In this document: positions 52,137 to 61,645 of the stretch, in pieces
Layout of the letters: every line of letters starts with the position of its first letter
How positions within the stretch are numbered: the stretch's first letter is position 1
Source of the DNA: Paludibacteraceae bacterium
GTDB taxonomy: Bacteria; Bacteroidota; Bacteroidia; Bacteroidales; Paludibacteraceae
DNA: 64,000 nt
Direction: 5' to 3'
Assembly: GCA_036309065.1 (NCBI GenBank)
Contig: JAXJUN010000028.1
Coordinates: 17,410-81,409, forward strand
Made by a program: the position numbers and the translations under genes
Notes under the pieces: model-generated
Told to the model about the DNA's origin: nothing
What the model saw: the letters and a program-made list of their open reading frames with translations, nothing else
The model's database searches: none

Positions 52137-53807
52137 CTACACAAAAAGCATACCAATTTGGTATATGAGCATCGCAATCAACCATGCCAGTGCGATACTA
52201 TGGACCACCGTGAACCATGCCCATGTTTTGCCTGCTTCATGTCTCAGTGTGGCGATAGTGGCGAAGCATGGGAAATAAAGCAGCACAAATACCATAAATC
52301 CAAAGGCTGTCAGCGGAGTAAATCCAGCTGCGCTTAGGTCTCCACCATACAAGATGGCCAAGGTGGAAACAATAGCTTCTTTGGCGGGTAATCCAGTGAG
52401 CAAGCACACCGACATCTTCCAGTCAAAACCCAATGGGGTCATGATAGGTTCAATAGCCTGACCTATCATCGCTAAATAGGAGTGCTCAATATCACTTAAG
52501 TCTTGCTGTGGGAAATACTGCAATGCCCAGATGATGATACTCGCCCATACAATCACTGTTCCTATCTTCTGTAGGTAATCTTTTGCTCGCTCCCATACAT
52601 GCGCTGCCACTCTCTTGAACTTCGGTATGCGGAATTCGGGCAACTCATTCACATGGTCGCTGCTCTCTTGCTTAAACCACTTCGTGCGCTTCATCACAAT
52701 GGCGAAAAGGATAGCGAGTAGAATACCTATTGCATAGAGCGAAACCATCACCAATGCTTTGTATCGCTCAAAGAAAGTATCTACAAACAGCATATATACA
52801 GGCAATCGTGCCGAGCAAGAGATAAAAGGAACCATGAGCATTGTCAGCGTGCGGTCTTTGGGGTTCTTGATGTCCCTGGCAGCCATGATAGCAGGCACAT
52901 TACATCCCAATCCCATTAGCATGGGTAAGAAACTGCGGCCGTGTAAACCCACGCGGTGCATGATTTTATCCATTAGGTAGGCTTCTCGCGCCATATAACC
53001 GGATGTCTCCATGATAGAGATAAAGCAGAAGAGGATGATGATATTAGGCAGGAAAGCCAATACGGCACCTACACCTTGTAATATACCATCTAATAAGACA
53101 CTCGTCCACCATGTGCTCTCCCAATTAGCATGCCCTAATGCAGTAAGATGCTCTATACCATTAGCAATCCATTCTTGAGGATAGGCGCCGATAGTAAAGG
53201 TGCACCAGAAGACCAGGTATAAGACGGCTATCATGATTGGAAAACCCGTCCATGGCGATGTGAGCACTTTGTCTATTCGCTCTAATCGTGTCTGGTGTTG
53301 GTCATGCTTGCTATGCCTGAGTGTTTGGGTGAGTACGCCATGCACATAAGCGCGGTAAGCATCGTCGCTATCCATACCTTCTAAGTGATAGATAGGATGG
53401 GCAGACGGATCTTTCTGCTCTATCTCATGGAGCACTAATGCTAAGCATGCCTCCAACCCCATGTTCTTCTTTACGGAAACCAATCCCATCGGCACACCAA
53501 TCAGTTGCTGCAATAGCGTAAGATTGAGGGAGTGGTCGGTCTGTAAAAGCAGGTCATATCTGCCGATAGCGAGCACAATCTTCTGCTCCTCGTCAATGAT
53601 ATGAGGTGTGAGCAAAAGCGAGTCTTCCAATCGTGTAGAGTCCACCACTTGTAATACCACCTCATAGGCATGACCATGCAGTTCGTCGGAGTTGTGAATC
53701 TCCACAAACTGCACATCATGTGCACCTTGCTCTGCGAGTGCTTGCAAGGCTTGTGTCAGAGCTGTCTTGCCGCTCTGTGGAAGTCCTATGACGGCTATTT
53801 TTACCAT
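52137..53807 (-). CDS. FeoB-family transporter with degenerate G-domain
   Basis: The membrane domain is strongly FeoB-like (SGYMAREAYLMDKIMHRVGLHGRSFLPMLMGLGCNVPAIMAAR). The P-loop GLPQSGKT is present but no DxxG or NxxD was seen. Start set at ATG 53807 because the ORF-track TTG 53828 lies inside the promoter box. Confidence 0.8.
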   Translation of the reverse strand: MVKIAVIGLPQSGKTALTQALQALAEQGAHDVQFVEIHNSDELHGHAYEVVLQVVDSTRLEDSLLLTPHIIDEEQKIVLAIGRYDLLLQTDHSLNLTLLQQLIGVPMGLVSVKKNMGLEACLALVLHEIEQKDPSAHPIYHLEGMDSDDAYRAYVHGVLTQTLRHSKHDQHQTRLERIDKVLTSPWTGFPIMIAVLYLVFWCTFTIGAYPQEWIANGIEHLTALGHANWESTWWTSVLLDGILQGVGAVLAFLPNIIILFCFISIMETSGYMAREAYLMDKIMHRVGLHGRSFLPMLMGLGCNVPAIMAARDIKNPKDRTLTMLMVPFISCSARLPVYMLFVDTFFERYKALVMVSLYAIGILLAILFAIVMKRTKWFKQESSDHVNELPEFRIPKFKRVAAHVWERAKDYLQKIGTVIVWASIIIWALQYFPQQDLSDIEHSYLAMIGQAIEPIMTPLGFDWKMSVCLLTGLPAKEAIVSTLAILYGGDLSAAGFTPLTAFGFMVFVLLYFPCFATIATLRHEAGKTWAWFTVVHSIALAWLIAMLIYQIGMLFV

Positions 53808-53825
53808 TCTTTTGCTAATCGGCTG

Positions 53826-53833
53826 CAAAGGTA
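53826..53833 (-). promoter_or_regulatory. -7 promoter box (TACCTTTG on minus strand) of the FeoB-like/HMA operon
   Basis: Minus strand reads AAAAAAAGCAGTACCTTTGCAGCCG, 19 nt upstream of ATG 53807. Same cassette as at acpP and 28340. Confidence 0.6.
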
Positions 53834-53881
53834 CTGCTTTTTTTGTATTCCTGCAATCCCTATTTATGGGGAATTATATGT

Positions 53882-55321
53882 TTATAGTGATTGTAGTATT
53901 TGGCACAACCATTGATAGCATTTCTCTGTGCTTGGAATAGATAATCGCTCCTGTGGTGAGTGTACGCCATACATCTGCGGACCGATAGAAACCATGTCTA
54001 AGTATGGGTATTTCTCAAGGAATAAACCGCACTCTAATCCTGCATGAATAGCCAGCACTTTGGGTTCTTCGTTAAATAGTTGGCTATATGCGCGTTTGGT
54101 TACCTCCAATAGTGGCGAATGGGGATTTGGTGCCCATCCCGGATAACCATCACCATGTGTCACTTCATCGCATGCCAGTGCGAGTGCTTGCTCTACCACC
54201 CATTTGAGGTGGTGCTTACTTGGTTCTTTGGATGAGCGTTGCGAAGTATTGATCTCTATATAAGCGCCTTGCTCATCTTCGCGCATCTTGATGGATGCAA
54301 GGTTTGTACTCGTTTCTACGAGTCCAGGCATCTCTTTGCTCATAGCCATCATGCCGTGAGGGCATGCACAGAGTGCCATGATGAGTTGGAAGGCTTGGTG
54401 GCAAGGGATGAAAGAGGTGGGCATATCGCATGACTCGAGTTGTAGCAACATCTCTTTCTCAATAGCACCGTATTTCTCTTCCATCTCCGCTATATGATGA
54501 TTCCATTCAATACGCACTTGCTCTTTGTAACTCATGGGGACGCAGATGACTGCCTCTGCTTCGCGTGCGATAGCATTGCGTAAGTTTCCTCCGTTGATAG
54601 TGGCTAATTGCAATGGTGTCTGCTTCCAAATACGCTCCAAAAACCATACGAGCAATTGATTGGCATTCGCACGCCCTTTATTGATGTCGTCGCCAGAATG
54701 ACCACCCATTAATCCGCTTACTTTCAGATGGATAGGGAATAGTCCATCGGTATTGATAACATTGGGTGTGTAGTGCATTTTCGCAAGGGTGTCAATACCA
54801 CCAGCACAACCGATAAAAACTTGCCCGTCATCTTCGGAGTCCAGGTTGATTAATTGCTCGCCTTGTAGCATACCATCTTGCAGTTTTTCTGCTCCTGTGA
54901 GTCCTGTTTCTTCATCCACGGTGAAGAGACACTCAATAGCGGGGTGCTGCAGTTCGGGGTCTGTGATAGCCGCCAATGCCATAGCGATACCGATGCCGTT
55001 GTCTGCTCCGAGCGTGGTGCCTTTGGCTTTGAGCCATTCACCGTCTATGTAGGTCTGAATAGGATCGGTCATGAAATCATGCTGCACATCACTATTCTTT
55101 TCGCATACCATATCCATATGTGCCTGAAGGATAATACCTTTGTGATTTTCATATCCAGGAGTGGCAGGTACGCGCATGATGATATTCATCGCTTCATCTG
55201 CGATACATTCGATATCGTGGGCTGCGGCGAAATCCTGCAACCAGCGGCTTATTTGTTCTTCGTGTTTACTGGGTCTTGGTACTTTGCAAATCTCAGCAAA
55301 AATGTCAAAAATAGTATTCAT
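53882..55321 (-). CDS. pepD: aminoacyl-histidine dipeptidase (M20C, PepD)
   Basis: Colinear with PepD (IFAEICKVPRPSKHEEQISRWL..., LQAHMDMV, GADNGIGIA, TVDEETGLTGA). Confidence 0.88.
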   Translation of the reverse strand: MNTIFDIFAEICKVPRPSKHEEQISRWLQDFAAAHDIECIADEAMNIIMRVPATPGYENHKGIILQAHMDMVCEKNSDVQHDFMTDPIQTYIDGEWLKAKGTTLGADNGIGIAMALAAITDPELQHPAIECLFTVDEETGLTGAEKLQDGMLQGEQLINLDSEDDGQVFIGCAGGIDTLAKMHYTPNVINTDGLFPIHLKVSGLMGGHSGDDINKGRANANQLLVWFLERIWKQTPLQLATINGGNLRNAIAREAEAVICVPMSYKEQVRIEWNHHIAEMEEKYGAIEKEMLLQLESCDMPTSFIPCHQAFQLIMALCACPHGMMAMSKEMPGLVETSTNLASIKMREDEQGAYIEINTSQRSSKEPSKHHLKWVVEQALALACDEVTHGDGYPGWAPNPHSPLLEVTKRAYSQLFNEEPKVLAIHAGLECGLFLEKYPYLDMVSIGPQMYGVHSPQERLSIPSTEKCYQWLCQILQSL

Positions 55322-55346
55322 ATCAGTTGTCAGTTATCAGTTATCA
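55322..55346. repeat. 3.5 x 7-nt tandem array TCAGTTN
   Basis: A TCAGTTG TCAGTTA TCAGTTA TCA. It spans from the pepD start codon to, and including, the TGA stop of the upstream MATE gene. Confidence 0.85.
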
Positions 55347-56732
55347 GTTTTCTGGTTTTTCTAATGATCCGAGTTGTTTTCTAAATCGTATATGGAAAAG
55401 CACGGCGGGTATAGCGAGTGCTATTACAAAGGCAATCCACATTCCTTTAGCTCCTAATCCTAATGGGAAGGTGAGTATCAGTCCTAATGGTAGGGTAATG
55501 CCGATATAGGAGCATAGGGCTATCTTCATAGGCACTTTCACATCTTGTATGCCACGCAGCATAGCTGCGCCTACGCATTGTAATCCATCTGCGAATTGTA
55601 ATAGTCCTGCAAAAATGAGCAGTGTAGATGCTATTTCCACCACCTTGGGGTCCTCGGTAAAGACATAAGGAATCCACATGCGTCCACCAATCATCACGAT
55701 GGCGCCGATAATATTGATCAGTAAGCAAAGATGTATAGATGCATTGGCGGCCATCTTAACCGCATATAGGTCGCCTTTGCCTAATTGGTGCGATACGCGT
55801 ATAGTGGTGGCAGAGCCAACGCCTAAAACAAGCATAAAAGTGATATCCGCCATCTGATTCGCTACTTGATGAGCGGCAAGGGCCTCTTTGCTAATCCAAC
55901 CTACGATGATAAACGAAGCGGTGAAAAGGAATGTCTCTGCGAATGTCTGCAATCCAATAGGCAAACCTATGCGGAAGAGTTCCTTTAGTTCGTCTATGCG
56001 AATCATCGCTCGATGAATAGAAGTGATGTATCTGCGCCATTCTTTTTTGAGCATGATGGCAGTAAAGAAACATATGGGCATCGCTGTGCGGGCAATAAGG
56101 GTGGCAAGACCAGCGCCTGTGGCGCCCATAGCAGGACAACCCCAATGCCCGAAAATAAAAATCCAGTTAAGACCTATATTGAGCAGATTGCATGCTAATG
56201 TGATAATCATCGCTACCGTCGTATTGCCTAATCCTTCCAGGAATTGCTTGGATAGGTTGAAGAAATTGTATGGAATGATAGATAGCACGATGAGCGTGAA
56301 ATAAGGTTTGGCGCATGCTACCACCTCTTCCTCTTGTCCAAAATACCCCAAGAAGGGGATGCATGGTGCCAATAGCGCCAAGGTGAGCGCACATAGAATG
56401 AGCGTAAAGACACCACCATTAGCGAGCAGCGAACTGATATGCAAATGCTTGCGCGCTATCTCTTCCTCGTTGGTCTCGTTGCTCAAACTACCCACTTCGT
56501 GTCCTACTAATGGCGTCAACCCCATAATAGCCCCCATTGCCAATACCATGATGGTGAAGAAAATAGCATTGGAAAAACTCACTGCAGCCAAGTCGGTAGT
56601 ACCGTAATGCCCCACCATAACAGAATCGAAGAAACCCACCAAAGCAGCACCTATCTGTGTCAAGATAACAGGAAGAGCCACCTTGAGGTTGCGTTTGTAA
56701 TAGGGAAGATATGTGTGGAAAGAATATGCCAT
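55344..56732 (-). CDS. MATE-family efflux transporter
   Basis: 12-TM MATE pattern starting MAYSFHTYLPYYKRNLKVALPVILTQIGAAL. The ORF-track start at 56963 adds 77 codons that cross the divergent promoter region, so ATG 56732 is preferred. Confidence 0.85.
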   Translation of the reverse strand: MAYSFHTYLPYYKRNLKVALPVILTQIGAALVGFFDSVMVGHYGTTDLAAVSFSNAIFFTIMVLAMGAIMGLTPLVGHEVGSLSNETNEEEIARKHLHISSLLANGGVFTLILCALTLALLAPCIPFLGYFGQEEEVVACAKPYFTLIVLSIIPYNFFNLSKQFLEGLGNTTVAMIITLACNLLNIGLNWIFIFGHWGCPAMGATGAGLATLIARTAMPICFFTAIMLKKEWRRYITSIHRAMIRIDELKELFRIGLPIGLQTFAETFLFTASFIIVGWISKEALAAHQVANQMADITFMLVLGVGSATTIRVSHQLGKGDLYAVKMAANASIHLCLLINIIGAIVMIGGRMWIPYVFTEDPKVVEIASTLLIFAGLLQFADGLQCVGAAMLRGIQDVKVPMKIALCSYIGITLPLGLILTFPLGLGAKGMWIAFVIALAIPAVLFHIRFRKQLGSLEKPEN

Positions 56733-56749
56733 ATGTGTAAAAATTGGCA

Positions 56750-56757
56750 CAAAGGTA
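56750..56757 (-). promoter_or_regulatory. -7 promoter box (TACCTTTG on minus strand) for the MATE gene
   Basis: Plus strand reads CAAAGGTA, 18 nt upstream of ATG 56732. Confidence 0.55.
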
Positions 56758-56840
56758 CAACAAAAAAAAGAGAACTGCAAGTTTTTGACTTTTTTTGTTA
56801 AAAATAATTTATAAATCTTGTGTATATCAGAAAAAAGTTG

Positions 56841-56848
56841 TATCTTTG
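56841..56848 (+). promoter_or_regulatory. -7 promoter box TATCTTTG for gyrB
   Basis: AAAAAAGTTGTATCTTTGCAGAC, 74 nt upstream of ATG 56922. Confidence 0.55.
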
Positions 56849-56906
56849 CAGACAAATTTTGTGTGTGCGCGCGCTCGCAAGCGTTGCATGCTTTGATTAG
56901 AAATAA

Positions 56907-58910
<2,004 letters not shown>

Positions 58911-58911
58911 G

Positions 58912-59448
58912 ATGAAAATAGCTGTTTATTGTAGTGCGAAGGATAGTATCCCTGAGTCTTATTTGGTTTTAGGCGATGCAGTGGGGCGTTGGATAGGTGA
59001 GCATGGGCATACATTGGTGTATGGTGGTGCTACAGGTGGATTGATGAGCAGAACGAGTGCTGCGGCTGTTGCGGCCGGCGCGCAAGTGATAGGCGTTATT
59101 CCTTCGCGCATCATAGCAGCAGGGCGTCAGGCAGATAACTGCCACGAACTCATACCTGTAGCGAATATGTCCGAGCGCAAGCAAGTGATGCGTGAGCAAT
59201 CCGATGTGTTTGTTTGTTTGCCAGGCAGTTATGGTACGCTGGATGAGATGATGGATGTGATATCGTCAGCTATTGTGGGTGAGCATCGTAAACCTATTCT
59301 AATCCTCAATCATGATGATTTCTATGGCTCATTACAGGCACAGATAGCACATATGCGTTCCTTGCATTTTATCCCAGAGCAGGAGCACTACAAGCCTATT
59401 TTTGTGCAATCGCTTGATGAATTATTTAGTAGATTAACAACTCTTTAA
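58912..59448 (+). CDS. LOG-family / TIGR00730 Rossmann-fold protein (cytokinin riboside 5'-monophosphate phosphoribohydrolase-like)
   Basis: GGATGGLM and PGSYGTLDEM motifs. ATG lies 1 nt after the gyrB stop. The ORF-track start at 58735 runs inside gyrB. Confidence 0.8.
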   Translation: MKIAVYCSAKDSIPESYLVLGDAVGRWIGEHGHTLVYGGATGGLMSRTSAAAVAAGAQVIGVIPSRIIAAGRQADNCHELIPVANMSERKQVMREQSDVFVCLPGSYGTLDEMMDVISSAIVGEHRKPILILNHDDFYGSLQAQIAHMRSLHFIPEQEHYKPIFVQSLDELFSRLTTL

Positions 59449-59460
59449 AGAATAGATATT

Positions 59461-60774
59461 ATGAATCTTTTTACGGCAAGACTAACAGGCAAAATGCTCT
59501 CTACAGAGCAATTCGAGAAACACATCCAGAGTACTCAAGCGCGCGTAGCACGCTGGAAGCAGATTGATCAGTCATCTGTGTTGAAGGAGTATCTTGATTT
59601 AAAACAAAAGATTGAGAGTCCTGAGTTTCAGGCAGAGAAAAAAGAGCTTATCTCCCGTAAATACAAGGATACGGAAGAGGGAAAGAAGATGCTTCAGTAT
59701 AATAAGATGATTTCTTCTCGCCGCGTTAAATGGTACAAGAGTGCATTGGAAAATCCATCTTTCTTATCTTTTCTTGCTTTCCGTGAGACAGATGATTTTG
59801 CTAAGATTAAGAGTTTCAAGGAGCGTATGCGTTCTGGCGAGTTGCGTATGTTCAATCGCATTTATCGCTCTTCTTTTTATAAGAATTATCTGAAGATGCA
59901 TAATTCTATAGAGATGGAGCAATTGGCTGCATTGGAGAAAGAAATTAATATGCCGGATTTCCAAGAGCGCCATGCGCTATGGGCAGATAAGAAGCGTTGG
60001 CAGCACTCCAAAGGCTATGTGCGTGAGATGCGTTTTAAGGAGTTGGGTAAGATGAATGATATTCAATTCTATTTCTCGCAAGATAAAGCGCAGATAGAGC
60101 GTGCCGATCGTTTCTTGCTCACATTAGAGGAGAATATGCAATCGGGTGCTAATTGGCAACCTGGATTTGGTTATGCCAGCGCAGCGCTTAAGGATGGTCA
60201 TTCATTGGCTAATGAGAAGCAAGCCTATAATGGTGGTAAGAATACATTCTTTGTGAATGGAAATATGGAGATTGAGTTGCGTGAGGAAACCAAGAAAGCA
60301 GCTGCATGGGATGCTAAGAAAGGATTTATTGAGAAGACATTTAGTTATACATCCGATGTGATGAATACCAAAGCAGCCTTTGCGCAAGAGCAGGGTTTAT
60401 TCATGGTGAAGATGCGCTCACAAGGTGCGGGATGTCAATTCTTGGGTCTAACCAGTGGAAAGAATGGTCAACCTATGGTGGCGCTCCATTTCTATAATGG
60501 TAAAAAAGTGCAGATGGGTGTGGTGGCTAATGGTCAATCTCGTCTTACGAAGTTATCGGGTGCATCTCGTTCGAAATATTATGTGTATTCATTGCGCTGG
60601 ACAGCCGAAGAACTGATTTGGTATGTGAATAACTTAGAGGTATTCCGTATGGCGAATACGCTTACTAAGGATCAACTATTCTTCTTGGCTCAGTCCTTCT
60701 TGCCATCTACTGCTAAGGCAGGTGAGGGTAAGATGCAAGTGGAGTGGATGCGTGTATATAAATGCGCTGAATAA
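59461..60774 (+). CDS. hypothetical protein: helical N-terminal half plus C-terminal GH16/concanavalin-like jelly-roll
   Basis: No signal peptide. The C-terminal segment YSLRWTAEELIWYVNNLEVF and the strand pattern are GH16/ConA-like. EIELRE occupies the place of ExDxxE. Confidence 0.5.
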   Translation: MNLFTARLTGKMLSTEQFEKHIQSTQARVARWKQIDQSSVLKEYLDLKQKIESPEFQAEKKELISRKYKDTEEGKKMLQYNKMISSRRVKWYKSALENPSFLSFLAFRETDDFAKIKSFKERMRSGELRMFNRIYRSSFYKNYLKMHNSIEMEQLAALEKEINMPDFQERHALWADKKRWQHSKGYVREMRFKELGKMNDIQFYFSQDKAQIERADRFLLTLEENMQSGANWQPGFGYASAALKDGHSLANEKQAYNGGKNTFFVNGNMEIELREETKKAAAWDAKKGFIEKTFSYTSDVMNTKAAFAQEQGLFMVKMRSQGAGCQFLGLTSGKNGQPMVALHFYNGKKVQMGVVANGQSRLTKLSGASRSKYYVYSLRWTAEELIWYVNNLEVFRMANTLTKDQLFFLAQSFLPSTAKAGEGKMQVEWMRVYKCAE

Positions 60775-60796
60775 TAATCAATAAGTTTGCTACTAT

Positions 60797-61579
60797 ATGT
60801 TTCTCATTGCAGGCCCTTGTGCGATAGAAAACCGCGATTGCGTAATGCAGACGGCAGAGACTCTAAAGGAGCTTTGCGAGAGACATGCGCTTACCCTTTA
60901 TTTCAAATCATCATATGATAAGGCCAATCGTACCTCTGCTTCTTGCCGTGGCATAGGTATGGATGAGGGATTGCGTATCTTGCAAGAAGTGAAGGATCAG
61001 TTTGCTCTTCCTATCCTGACGGATGTGCATGAGAGTTGGCAATGTGCTCCAGTAGCTGAGGTGGCAGATGTGCTGCAGATACCTGCTTTTCTGAGTCGTC
61101 AAACAGATCTGTTGGAGGCCGCCGCCCGCACGGGACGTATTGTGAATATCAAGAAAGGGCAGTTTATGGCACCATGGGATATGGGGGGAGCGATATCTAA
61201 GATAGAGCAAGCATGTCCAAATGCGGTGGCGCAGGGAAATGTGTGGCTCACGGAGCGCGGTTCGTCTTTTGGTTATGGCCGATTAGTGGTAGATATGACA
61301 TCGTTGGTGGAGATGAAGCGCTTTGGATGCCCCGTCATCTTTGATGCCACTCATTCCGTGCAGCAACCATCTTCTTCGCAAGGTATAACAGGCGGAAATA
61401 GACAGATGGTGGCTCCTTTGGTGCGTGCCGCAATGGCAGTAGGAATAGATGGATTATTTATCGAAACCCATCCTCATCCAGAGCAGGCTATCTCTGATGC
61501 AGCCAACCAAGTGCCATTGGCTGATATGGACCGATTGATAGCGCAGGCAATAGCGATAGAGAAAGCCATGCAGGATTAA
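60797..61579 (+). CDS. kdsA: 3-deoxy-8-phosphooctulonate (KDO8P) synthase
   Basis: FLIAGPCAIE, KSSYDKANR, QIPAFLSRQTDLL, NIKKGQF, DATHSVQ. Confidence 0.9.
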   Translation: MFLIAGPCAIENRDCVMQTAETLKELCERHALTLYFKSSYDKANRTSASCRGIGMDEGLRILQEVKDQFALPILTDVHESWQCAPVAEVADVLQIPAFLSRQTDLLEAAARTGRIVNIKKGQFMAPWDMGGAISKIEQACPNAVAQGNVWLTERGSSFGYGRLVVDMTSLVEMKRFGCPVIFDATHSVQQPSSSQGITGGNRQMVAPLVRAAMAVGIDGLFIETHPHPEQAISDAANQVPLADMDRLIAQAIAIEKAMQD

Positions 61580-61606
61580 TAAGGTGCTATACGCTAACGA
61601 ATAATA

Positions 61607-61641
61607 TTCATTATTCATTGTTCATTATTCATTGTTCATTA
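61607..61641. repeat. 5 x 7-nt tandem array TTCATTR
   Basis: TTCATTA TTCATTG TTCATTA TTCATTG TTCATTA, ending 5 nt before ATG 61646. Confidence 0.9.
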
Positions 61642-61645
61642 ATTA

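Noticed and set aside
53808-53828. TTG start of the FeoB-like ORF at 53828
   Set aside because: The TTG lies inside the -7 promoter box (53826..53833) and would not be transcribed from it. ATG 53807 was used instead.
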